Shown: piece after piece, positions 20,357 to 29,421 of the stretch
Layout: each line of letters opens with the position of its first letter
Numbering within the stretch: position 1 is the first letter of the stretch
NCBI GenBank assembly: GCA_963711835.1
Contig: CAVQFQ010000015.1
Location: 1 to 64,000, forward strand
Direction: 5' to 3'
Source: an uncultured delta proteobacterium
GTDB taxonomy: Bacteria > Desulfobacterota > RBG-13-43-22
Length of the DNA stretch: 64,000 nucleotides
Program-made: the position numbers and the translations under genes
Notes under the pieces: generated by a model
What the model was told of the DNA's origin: nothing
What the model saw: only the letters and a program-made list of their open reading frames with translations
Database searches by the model: none

Positions 20357-21544
20357 TCAAAAATTTTTTTTCGTTAAAAAATAAACCGTTAAAAAGGCCC
20401 TGGTCAGGTGCTGCAGGGTTTTAAAAACCCCTTCCGCCTCCGCCAAGGTTTCTTGGCCATCATCGAGTTTTGTTTTCAAGGCTCGCAAAACCTGGGTCAA
20501 TTCCAGGGCCTTCTCAATCAAATAGGTTTTTTCCGTTTCGGGAAAGGAAAGAACCTTTTTTTTCTCCAAACGGTTCAACCGTCCCCAGATGGCTTCCAGG
20601 AAAAACCGGATCTTGAGCGGTTCATAGATTTTGTTTCCAATCAGCCAGCGGACATCCAGGGTCTCCAGACCGTTGGCCACCAGGCGGCTATGGCTGATCT
20701 CCCTTTTAAGGTCCCTGAGCCACCGCTTTAATTCAGGACCCTGGAGGACACTCTGTTCCCCCTTTTCAGGGTTACTTCCCAACCCCCCCTTGAGGCGATG
20801 GCCCTGTTCCCAGGCCATGACCCGGGCCAGGCATTGATTGGCTGAGGAGAAATGGGGGTGCTCGAAGTGGGGACCGAAAAGATAGAAAACCCCGTCTCCA
20901 AAGGGTTCCCGGATTACAGCCGCCTTGCCGATCAAGGTCTGCCTGGCCAATAGTTCATCCACTAAAAACAAGGTCCTGGGGGTAAAGGCCTTATAACGAG
21001 CCAGGACTTTGGAATCGGAGGAAGGGATCATGCCCGGTCCACCGTATAACGGAGCCCGAATAGGGGTTTCCTGGTCGAAGGGAGGAATGCCGCTGGGCGC
21101 CAGCTCCACCTCTTCCCGGACAGGATGGTAGAGATAGGAACAGCCATAGGGTGTGATGCTTTTTTCAGGCAGTCTGACGGCCGGAGGTATTTCCTTGATC
21201 AGGTTGGTGATCTTGGCCGGCACAAAATTGAAATGATGCAGGTGTTCTTTGGAAGAATTGAGCGGCAGATAGGCCCCGGCGCAGGAACCGAGATAGACCC
21301 CACCCGACTGGATAAAATTTTTCAGTCTGACGGCTCCGATGGACCCCAATCCTTCGGCCATGGTTATGGTATCCCCTCCGGAAACAGCCAGAAAGTCTAA
21401 ACCCTGCCAGGCCCCGTTTTGAAATCCTTTTTCGTCGAGCAAGGTCTGGTTATAGAACCCCAGGCGCTCGAAAAGATCTACAAACCAGAGCCAGGAATGA
21501 GAGGAGCCTTTGCCGGCATAGACCCCAATTTTAGGAGACCACAA
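20357..21544 (-). CDS. Stand-alone BPL-N (class I glutamine-amidotransferase-like) protein
   Basis: VSGGD, GGVYLGSCAGAY nucleophile elbow and GPHFE; no biotin ligase domain. Confidence 0.75.
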   Translation of the reverse strand: MWSPKIGVYAGKGSSHSWLWFVDLFERLGFYNQTLLDEKGFQNGAWQGLDFLAVSGGDTITMAEGLGSIGAVRLKNFIQSGGVYLGSCAGAYLPLNSSKEHLHHFNFVPAKITNLIKEIPPAVRLPEKSITPYGCSYLYHPVREEVELAPSGIPPFDQETPIRAPLYGGPGMIPSSDSKVLARYKAFTPRTLFLVDELLARQTLIGKAAVIREPFGDGVFYLFGPHFEHPHFSSANQCLARVMAWEQGHRLKGGLGSNPEKGEQSVLQGPELKRWLRDLKREISHSRLVANGLETLDVRWLIGNKIYEPLKIRFFLEAIWGRLNRLEKKKVLSFPETEKTYLIEKALELTQVLRALKTKLDDGQETLAEAEGVFKTLQHLTRAFLTVYFLTKKNF

Positions 21545-21607
21545 AGGAACGCCTCGCCTAATGTCAACCTAATCCTTGTTGAAAATATTATTTCACTCGA
21601 TTCTCTT

Positions 21608-22930
21608 CTATCCAATAAGCCTGGCGAGCACCTGCTCCAAGCCGTCCTGGGTGAATCCCAGACCCGTCCCAAGATTAGCCAGTTCCAGAAGTTCCCCTTC
21701 TCCCAACTCAGGGGCCATCAGGGCAAAAATGGGATGGATCCCGAAGAGGTAGGCCAGGGCCTGCCTTCTCCGCCACCAGGGGGCCTGCAGGCTGCCGTCG
21801 GCAGCCGGACCAAAATCGGCAAAGATCGGCTGGGGCGGGGCCCAGGCGCTGAATGGTCCATCCCCTGAGGAGACCGCCGGGCCTTTCATCCCTGGAAGGG
21901 CCTTCTGGATCCCATTCCAATCCTTTAACCCCGACTGGGCGCAGATTTCCGAGACGGCGACCGCATCCAATCCTTCCTTGGCGCAGTCCTTCAGCACCCG
22001 GCAGGCATCGGCAGCCGATAGGCCCAGCTTCTTGAATCCCAGCAGGCCGTACAAATCCGTTAATAAAAACCCGGGTTCTTCTTTTTCGGTTTCTTTCGTT
22101 AAGGTCGGATCTTCATCAATGAAAACAAAGGTATTGGTGGCATAAGGCGTGTTGAAACAGGATTTATGGCGATGAACCAGAGGGCCCAGCCACTCTTTGG
22201 CATCCCCTTCACCCAAGGCGATCAGGAGATCCGCTATCCCTTGTTTGCCCTTCCATGATCCCTGTTTGATCCCTTTTAATAATTCCTGACACCGGTTAAT
22301 CAATCCCTCGGGATCGGAAATTTCCAATAACCCCATGCCCCGGACGGCAATCAGCTTGACTTTCTTTTCCCCCAGGAGTTTTCCAAAACCCCAGCGATCG
22401 CCGCTGGCCCAGTAATTAATGGAGACTTGTGCCAGATCAGAGCCCTGTTCACCGGCCCGGCCGATTACCAGCGCTTGAACCAGGTCATCCCCCACGGTTT
22501 TGCGAACGCTTTCCAGGGCCTCCCAGACGTTTTTGCCCCACAGACCCTCGGCCGGTTCCAGGTCGGCTATGCCGTCATGAAGCCAGAGGTAAACCGGCTG
22601 CTGGGAACGGCCTTTAATAACCAGATAGTCGAACCCGGAATATTTCAATTCCATACCGGCATACAGGGTCAAGGGGGCGTGGCACAAGGTCCCGGTCCGG
22701 GGGCTTTGGGCCGTCATGATCCCTAAAGCCGAACCGGGAACCAGGGTGCCGGTCAGAAGCCCGGTTCCTAAAACAACCGGTTCCCCTGCCTTATATTTTT
22801 CGAAAAGAGCGGTCGTGATCCCGGCCCCGCCGATATGTTCCTTGACCAGGTCTTGATCCAGCTCCTCCTCGACAATTTCTTTAGTCCCCAGATCGACAAC
22901 GGCTATTTTATTGGAGGATAAATATTCCAT
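21608..22930 (-). CDS. Aldehyde:ferredoxin oxidoreductase-like protein, shortened and with degenerate cofactor motifs
   Basis: AFOR_N features (IGGAG, QSPRTG, ELKYSGFD, LWGK, IGRAGE, KLIAVRG); only 440 aa; Fe-S motif reduced to SCFNTPYAT. Confidence 0.8.
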   Translation of the reverse strand: MEYLSSNKIAVVDLGTKEIVEEELDQDLVKEHIGGAGITTALFEKYKAGEPVVLGTGLLTGTLVPGSALGIMTAQSPRTGTLCHAPLTLYAGMELKYSGFDYLVIKGRSQQPVYLWLHDGIADLEPAEGLWGKNVWEALESVRKTVGDDLVQALVIGRAGEQGSDLAQVSINYWASGDRWGFGKLLGEKKVKLIAVRGMGLLEISDPEGLINRCQELLKGIKQGSWKGKQGIADLLIALGEGDAKEWLGPLVHRHKSCFNTPYATNTFVFIDEDPTLTKETEKEEPGFLLTDLYGLLGFKKLGLSAADACRVLKDCAKEGLDAVAVSEICAQSGLKDWNGIQKALPGMKGPAVSSGDGPFSAWAPPQPIFADFGPAADGSLQAPWWRRRQALAYLFGIHPIFALMAPELGEGELLELANLGTGLGFTQDGLEQVLARLIG

Positions 22931-22971
22931 TCTCTTTCTCCTTAGTTTGAGACCGTTTAGGTTCCTAAAAC

Positions 22972-23106
22972 TGATAGTCCCTCAAAAAGTCCTCTGCCCG
23001 TCATACCGGCGAAAGCCGGTATCCAGAATTAGTTAAAAACACTGGATTCCGGGTCAAGCCCGGAATGACATAAGAGTGGAATCGCGACATTTTACGATTT
23101 CAACAA
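22972..23106. repeat. REP-like palindromic doublet (GTCATnCCG...ATCC / GGATTCC...GAATGAC) inside AAAAAGTC...GAC-TTTTACGA outer repeats
   Basis: Related copies at 35600-35663 and 49324-49460. Confidence 0.8.
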
Positions 23107-23181
23107 AAAATTATTAATCCAATTTTTACCTTCTGACTTCTGACTCCTGAATTCCGAATTCTATAATTTCAATAGCTTTAG

Positions 23182-23532
23182 TTAGTCTTGATAGATAGCG
23201 TCCACCGGGCAAAAAGCCAAGCACAGGGGCCCGCCTTCGCGGTCCTGGCACAGATCACAGGGCTCCCGGAGCAGCATGGGCTTGGCCGAAGCATCCCCTT
23301 TTCCGCCTTCTTCAATGGCTCCGATTTTTTTAACTACCATTCCCTCGGGACGGGCGATGACCAGATTTTCCTCCTCCTTAAGCACCACTCCGTAATAATC
23401 TTTTTTCTCTTTGGTCCGGTAGGCGATGATGCAGGCGGAAAGCAAGGCAAAGGCATCGTCTCGATGATAACCGCAAGCCATCTCACAGGCCATACAACCC
23501 GTACACGTCAACGGATCAATCTTGATTCCCAT
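23182..23532 (-). CDS. 4Fe-4S ferredoxin-like protein
   Basis: CTGCMACEMAC and CDLC...PLCLAFCP. Confidence 0.85.
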   Translation of the reverse strand: MGIKIDPLTCTGCMACEMACGYHRDDAFALLSACIIAYRTKEKKDYYGVVLKEEENLVIARPEGMVVKKIGAIEEGGKGDASAKPMLLREPCDLCQDREGGPLCLAFCPVDAIYQD

Positions 23533-23559
23533 CGTTATTCTCCTTCAACCTTTTTAGTC

Positions 23560-23660
23560 TTTTTTTATATATCGCCGACCTGTCAAAAAAGCAAGAAAAA
23601 AAGTATAAAATTAAAATATTATAATATTTTACTTGACAAACGCCGTTCCTTGCAGTAAGA
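23560..23660. promoter_or_regulatory. Divergent promoter region with a perfect 20-bp palindrome (candidate operator)
   Basis: TAAAATATTATAATATTTTA at 23612-23631 next to TTGACA at 23633; on the minus strand TTGCTT-17-TATATA. Confidence 0.55.
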
Positions 23661-23663
23661 GCG

Positions 23664-24569
23664 ATGATAGGCAAAGGAAAATCAACTGGCTTGGAAGGAA
23701 CTTCATTGTTTCAATCCGCCAAAAAGACCGGTAAAATTTCGGATCTTATTATCGATCAGATCCGGGACGCCATTCTCTCCGGAAAACTCAAACCCGGAGA
23801 TCGGCTGGCTTCCGAAAAAGAACTGTCGGTCCAGTTTGACGTCAGCAAAGCCACCATGCGGGAAGCCATGAGAGTCCTGGAGGTTATGGGGCTCATTGAA
23901 ATCCGCAAAGGTATGGCCGGGGGTATTTTTATTGCTGAAGTGAACATGAGGACGACCATTCACAGCATCATTAACTTCCTCCACTTCCAAAACATCTCCA
24001 TTCGTGAAATTACCCTGCTCCGCTATCTGATTGAGCCCACCGTAGCCCGGATCGCAGCCGCCAAGGCCGGTGAAAAAGACATTGCGCACCTAAAAAAAAT
24101 CCTGAATGACATCCCGCCGCGTCGAAAAAACGGGGTCCCCAGGGAGATAAGTTTTCATCGCTATCTGGCCCGTTTGTCTAATAATACCCTCTTGATTCTT
24201 TTGGTGGACTTTATTGACAATCTGCTCAGTTCGATGAAATCCAAACTGAAATTAGGACCTGAGTTTTATCAAGACGTGTGCCGGTCCCATCAGGTTATCC
24301 TGGACTGTCTCATCCACAAGGATACTGAAGGAGCCGCTACCGCCATGGCCAAGGACCTGCTTGTGGTCGACCGTCATATGTCCGCCCTCATGGAGACCAG
24401 ACCCTTCGAACCGTCGGAAATCCGATTCCCCGGTCCCCGCCCCGCCGGGACCGAATCCGGGAAGGCCTCCCTGCCGTCCTTGCCAAAAAAAGCGGCTCCT
24501 TTAAAAAATCAGCATGTGATGGTATCCCGTTTCAAGTCAACGACCCAACCTAAAATAAAATTGAAGTAA
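23664..24569 (+). CDS. GntR/FadR family transcriptional regulator
   Basis: LKPGDRLASEKEL..FDVSKATMREA wHTH plus an FCD domain. Confidence 0.92.
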   Translation: MIGKGKSTGLEGTSLFQSAKKTGKISDLIIDQIRDAILSGKLKPGDRLASEKELSVQFDVSKATMREAMRVLEVMGLIEIRKGMAGGIFIAEVNMRTTIHSIINFLHFQNISIREITLLRYLIEPTVARIAAAKAGEKDIAHLKKILNDIPPRRKNGVPREISFHRYLARLSNNTLLILLVDFIDNLLSSMKSKLKLGPEFYQDVCRSHQVILDCLIHKDTEGAATAMAKDLLVVDRHMSALMETRPFEPSEIRFPGPRPAGTESGKASLPSLPKKAAPLKNQHVMVSRFKSTTQPKIKLK

Positions 24570-24597
24570 CTCTATCATTCATAAGGAGGAAACGTAT

Positions 24598-24756
24598 ATG
24601 GCCATTCTTGAAGAACCGATAAAAGGCGTGCCCATGGTTAAGAATTATATCAACGGCGAATGGGTTGAAAGCAAAGGGAAAAACCGTAAAGTAAGTAATA
24701 ATCACCCTCAAATCATCAAAGAAAAAATTATTGAGTTGTGTCTTCGGCTACAATAA
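24598..24756 (+). pseudogene. Orphan 5' end of an aldehyde dehydrogenase gene
   Basis: RBS TAAGGAGG, then MAILEEPIKGVPMVKNYINGEWVESKG, then unrelated AT-rich sequence and a stop. Confidence 0.7.
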
Positions 24757-24793
24757 ATAAAATAACAACAGACAACATACGGGAGGATAATGT

Positions 24794-26311
24794 ATGGCAG
24801 GCAAACATTTAAAGTATTGTGTCAACAACGAGTGGAGGGAATCCAATTCCGCCAAATGTATGCCGGTGACGAATTCCAGCACGGGGGAGATTATGGCCGA
24901 GGCCCCCTGTTGCACCGTTGATGAAGTGGAAAGCGCTGTGGCGGCGGCTAAAGCGGCCTTCCCGGGATGGTCGAGCAAGCCCATACAACAGCGAACCGCC
25001 TTGATGTTTCGTTTCCATGAGCTTCTCGAAGCCCATCTGGAAGAGTTGACCCTTTCGGTTTCCATGGAACTGGGCAAAAACCTGGATGAGGCGCGAGGGG
25101 ATATCCTCAAAAGTATCGAGGTGGTGGAACTGGCCTGCGCTGGTCCGGTGCTCATGCAAGGGGACGCCCTGATGAATGTTTCCACCGGTCACGATACCGT
25201 CATGTACCGCGAACCGGTGGGGGTTTTTGCTGGGATCGTACCCTTCAATTTCCCGGCCATGATCCCCTTCGGCTGGATGATTCCGCTGTGCATCACCATG
25301 GGCAATACTTTTGTTCTCAAGGCGGCCAGCTTGACGCCCCAGACCGCAGGACGGGTTCTGGAGCTGCTTATCGAAGCCGGGATGCCGCCCGGGGTGGTGA
25401 ACATGGTGACCTGCAGCCGCGATGAAGCGGGATTGCTTCTCAAGCATCCTGACGTCCGGGGGATTTCTTATGTGGGATCCACCGCAGTGGGTTTGCATGT
25501 TTATTCCACGGCCGCTGCGCACGGGAAAAGAGTTCAGGCCCTCTGCGAGGCCAAAAACCACGCCCTGGTTATGCGCGATGCCGCGTTAGAACGCTCTGCC
25601 CTGGGGATTATCAATTCGACCTTTGGCTGCGCCGGTATGCGCTGTATGGCCTTGCCGGTTCTCTGTGTGGAAGAGGCCTGTGCTGATGAATTCATAGGTT
25701 ACTTAGTCAAGTTCGCCAAGGAGCGCAAGGTCGGATGCGCCTACCATCCCGATACGGAATTGGGACCGGTGGTGTCCGCCGAACATAAGAAATCCGTCAT
25801 CGAGTGGATCAACAAGGGAGTAGCCGAGGGCGCGGAACTGGTTCTCGACGGTCGGGACATCGTCGTTCCCGGATTCGAAAAGGGTCACTTTATCGGTCCC
25901 ACACTTCTGGATCACGTGAAGCCGGGGATGAGCGTGGGCGATTCCGAAATCTTCGGTCCCGTGACCAGCATCAAGCGGGTGAAGGACTTTGAAGAAGGCC
26001 TGGCCATCATGAACGCCAATCCCTTTGCCAATGGGTCGGCCATTTTTACCCAAAACGGCCATTACGCCCGTGAATTCACCCGGCGGACCCACGCGGGAAT
26101 GGTCGGCGTCAACGTGGGCATTCCTGTTCCCATCTCCTACTTTCCCTTTGCCGGTCACAAGCAGTCGTTTTTCGGCGACCTGCACATCATGGGTCGGGAC
26201 GGGGTGGCCTTTTATACAGAGGCCAAATGTGTGACCTCGCGCTGGTTCGGTGAAGAGGAGAAAAAGGAAACCAAGATCAGCACCTGGGAAGGGACGATTG
26301 CCAGGAAGTAA
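24794..26311 (+). CDS. mmsA: CoA-acylating (methyl)malonate-semialdehyde dehydrogenase
   Basis: PFNFPAMIP, GKRVQAL, AKNH, GCAGMRCMA, EIFGPV, GMVGVNVGIPVP, SFFGDLH. Confidence 0.88.
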   Translation: MAGKHLKYCVNNEWRESNSAKCMPVTNSSTGEIMAEAPCCTVDEVESAVAAAKAAFPGWSSKPIQQRTALMFRFHELLEAHLEELTLSVSMELGKNLDEARGDILKSIEVVELACAGPVLMQGDALMNVSTGHDTVMYREPVGVFAGIVPFNFPAMIPFGWMIPLCITMGNTFVLKAASLTPQTAGRVLELLIEAGMPPGVVNMVTCSRDEAGLLLKHPDVRGISYVGSTAVGLHVYSTAAAHGKRVQALCEAKNHALVMRDAALERSALGIINSTFGCAGMRCMALPVLCVEEACADEFIGYLVKFAKERKVGCAYHPDTELGPVVSAEHKKSVIEWINKGVAEGAELVLDGRDIVVPGFEKGHFIGPTLLDHVKPGMSVGDSEIFGPVTSIKRVKDFEEGLAIMNANPFANGSAIFTQNGHYAREFTRRTHAGMVGVNVGIPVPISYFPFAGHKQSFFGDLHIMGRDGVAFYTEAKCVTSRWFGEEEKKETKISTWEGTIARK

Positions 26312-26438
26312 TAACCCTCTGGTCGTCAGGTGAAGGAAGGAGCCGGAGGAGAACAAATAAGAGGGTGTTTGAAAAATGAAGAAAATCTGATGTTCGATTT
26401 TTCTGAATTCATCAATCCCGAAAAGGAGGGCTTGGGTT

Positions 26439-27869
26439 ATGCACGTTACCAACAAAGACGCCATTTTAAATGAACTGGCCTCGATTGTGGGCAAGGATAA
26501 TGCTACGGCTTCCAAGCATATCCGCTATGCCTATTCCTATGACATGTCTTTTGTCACCCCAAAAATGCCGGATTATGTGGTCATGGCCACCACAGTGGAA
26601 GAAATCCAAAAAATCATGCAACTGGCCAACCGGGAAAAGATCCCGGTGGTGCCTTACACCGGCGGCACCAACATCGGCGGCCTGACCATTCCGGAACGAG
26701 GCGGCCTCATCCTGGATTTGAAACGAATGAACAAGATCGTCAAGCTTGACACCGAATCCCATTACGCCGTCATTGAGCCCGGGGTTTCCCACGCTCAGTT
26801 GGCCGCCGCCCTTTATAAGCACAACCTGCGTTTCGGCTGGCCCGTGGGACCGCCTTCAGCCTCGGTTTCCTCCTGCGCCATTAACCACGGTATTGGAGGC
26901 CTGAATGCCCGCTACGGCTTGAACAGCCAGGAAATCACCAGCATGGAAGTGATCCTGCCCACCGGCGAACTGGTCCGGGTCGGGTCCTGCGCCATCAACC
27001 CCGAGGCCTGGCACAGCGTCCTGCCCATGCCTCAGATGGACGGACTTTTCAAAGGTTGGCTGGGTACGACCGGGGTGGTGACCAAGTTGGGCATTACCGT
27101 CCATCCCATCCCGCCGGTCCTCAAGGTCTTCACCGTCTCCTGCGAGAATGTCGAAGACATGGTCTCCTACATGATGAATCTAAGCACCTATGAGATCTGT
27201 GATGATCTGACGGCCGTCTCCTGGTGGTTGGCCCAGGTCCCTATCCCCTACCCGTACAAACCCAAACCGGACACAGCCAGCGAATGGTTTTGTTTTGCCA
27301 ACACCAATTCCTTCACCGAAAAGGAAAAGGAAGCCCGGGAAGAGATCTGGCAGCGGGTCGTGGAAGAGGAACAGAAAAAAGGGACGTCCCTCAAGGTGAC
27401 CCAGTACCCGGAAGAGGCCCTGCGGGCCCGGACCCAACTGCCCAGCCAGATCGTCGGCTCTACGAAAAACTACTGCAAGATGGGCGGGGGGGGCATCTCC
27501 TGGCCGGGCACCTTTACTCCGGCCAACAAATGGGCCCCGGTTTATACGGACTGGAAAAAGCTCCTGATCGATCATAACCTCTCTCCTTCGGTCCGCATGA
27601 GCATGTACCGGGGCGTCCATTACGGCATGCTCCGGGCCATGATCCCCTTTAACAAGAAGAGCCCTAAAGAAACGGAAAACGCACGCCATGCCATTGTGGA
27701 ATGCTTAAAGGTCGATCTGGACCACGGCGGCATGCCCTATAAGCCACCGGTGGATTTCGCCCGGGAGATCAATAAACGGGCCCATCCGGGGTATCTGATG
27801 TTGTTGAAAAAGATAAAGACCCTCCTGGATCCGAACGACATTATGAATCCGGGGAAGTTGGGGATTTAA
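26439..27869 (+). CDS. FAD-linked oxidase (GlcD / D-lactate dehydrogenase family)
   Basis: PYTGGTNIGG, LDLKRMNKI, GTTGVVTK, C-terminal LDPNDIMNPGK. Confidence 0.87.
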   Translation: MHVTNKDAILNELASIVGKDNATASKHIRYAYSYDMSFVTPKMPDYVVMATTVEEIQKIMQLANREKIPVVPYTGGTNIGGLTIPERGGLILDLKRMNKIVKLDTESHYAVIEPGVSHAQLAAALYKHNLRFGWPVGPPSASVSSCAINHGIGGLNARYGLNSQEITSMEVILPTGELVRVGSCAINPEAWHSVLPMPQMDGLFKGWLGTTGVVTKLGITVHPIPPVLKVFTVSCENVEDMVSYMMNLSTYEICDDLTAVSWWLAQVPIPYPYKPKPDTASEWFCFANTNSFTEKEKEAREEIWQRVVEEEQKKGTSLKVTQYPEEALRARTQLPSQIVGSTKNYCKMGGGGISWPGTFTPANKWAPVYTDWKKLLIDHNLSPSVRMSMYRGVHYGMLRAMIPFNKKSPKETENARHAIVECLKVDLDHGGMPYKPPVDFAREINKRAHPGYLMLLKKIKTLLDPNDIMNPGKLGI

Positions 27870-27995
27870 AATAAAAAAGAAGCTGACAGCGATTAGCGGT
27901 CAGCTTTCAACTTAAAAAGAATTCAGAAAACGATTTGTCTTTGTTTTGGCTGAACGTTGAAAGCTGATTGCTATTAGCTATTAAGGAGGTACACT

Positions 27996-29309
27996 ATGAA
28001 TTGGAATATACCCGCTTTGGAAGAATTTGAAGATGCGATCTGGCGCTGCACCGCCTGTGGTACCTGCAAAGTGGCTTATGATTACGGCCCCCCCGCCAAG
28101 TGCCGGGACATCTGTCCCTCCGGCAGCGAGTTTGGTTTTGAAGGCTTTATGGCCTCTAAGGGGAAAATCGCCTTTGCCCGGGGCATCCTGAACGGCGACC
28201 TGGAATGGGATGAAGAATTGGTGGATGCCGTTTATAAATGTACCATCTGCGCCGGCTGTCAGTCCCAGTGCCAGCTGGACCACAAACCCTATATCCCCGA
28301 GATCTTCGAAGCCCTGCGGCGCAAGGCCGTTGAGGCTGGGGCCGGCCCCCTGCCGGCCCAGAAGGTCATCGCCCAATCATTGCGAAGCTACGACAACCCC
28401 TATCAAGGACCCCGGAGGGTCAGGATGGACTGGACCCGGGCCTTAAAGAAAGAAAAGAAACAACCTATTAAAGACATCAATAAGGAACCGGCCCCGATCC
28501 TCTATTTCGTCGGCTGCACCGGCGCCTACAATGTGCCGGCCCGGGTCATTCCCCAGGCCACCGCTTCGATCTTCCAGAAATTAGGTCTCGATTTCGGCAT
28601 TCTGGGAGAAAACGAACTCTGCTGCGGCTCCACGGCCATGCGCCTGGGTGACGCCGAGGCCTTCAAACGGATCGCCGAAACCAATCTGGAAAACTTCAAA
28701 AAACTGCATGAAACACGGGGGCTGGAAACCATCGTCACCGCCTGCGCCGGATGCTACCGGGCCATCCTGAAAGACTACACCCTGGCCGAAGAATACGATG
28801 AAATGATGAAAGGCATCCGGATCATTCACGTCTCCCAGTTTCTCAACGACCTCTTTAAGGCCGGCAAACTGAAATTTACCAAATCTCTGCCCTGGAAAGT
28901 CACCTATCATGACCCGTGCCATTCCGGCCGGCACCTGACCAAATTCCTGGTTGACAAGGACGGCTCCCAGCTCTGGGCCGGTGCCTATATCAGCCTGGAT
29001 GAGGCGGACTGCCTTTATGACACGCCGCGGGAACTGCTCCAGGCCATCCCGGGGCTGGAACTGGTCGAGATGGAACGGATCCGGGCCAATTCCTACTGCT
29101 GCGGCGGCGGCGGCGGCGTTATGACCGGTTTCCCGGATTGGGCCCAGCGCAATGCCGCCTTGCGCATTCAGGAGGGTATGGAAACCGGCGCTGAACAAAT
29201 GGTTTCCATCTGTCCTTTCTGCTATTATAATTTGAACCAGGGTTCCCAGGGAATCGGCAGTTCGATGAAGCTCTATGACTTGACTGAACTGATTGATCAG
29301 GTATTGTAA
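27996..29309 (+). CDS. GlcF/HdrD-like Fe-S protein (partner of the FAD oxidase)
   Basis: CTACGTC...CP, CTICAGCQSQC, two CCG domains. Confidence 0.88.
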   Translation: MNWNIPALEEFEDAIWRCTACGTCKVAYDYGPPAKCRDICPSGSEFGFEGFMASKGKIAFARGILNGDLEWDEELVDAVYKCTICAGCQSQCQLDHKPYIPEIFEALRRKAVEAGAGPLPAQKVIAQSLRSYDNPYQGPRRVRMDWTRALKKEKKQPIKDINKEPAPILYFVGCTGAYNVPARVIPQATASIFQKLGLDFGILGENELCCGSTAMRLGDAEAFKRIAETNLENFKKLHETRGLETIVTACAGCYRAILKDYTLAEEYDEMMKGIRIIHVSQFLNDLFKAGKLKFTKSLPWKVTYHDPCHSGRHLTKFLVDKDGSQLWAGAYISLDEADCLYDTPRELLQAIPGLELVEMERIRANSYCCGGGGGVMTGFPDWAQRNAALRIQEGMETGAEQMVSICPFCYYNLNQGSQGIGSSMKLYDLTELIDQVL

Positions 29310-29421
29310 TTCAGGGAACATCCGGATTTAGTCAATTGGGAAGGAGGTGTTTGAAGAACATCCTTTTGTAAGTCTCCAGCAAAGAGTCGTCAACCATTCA
29401 CATCAACCATGGGAGGATAAT

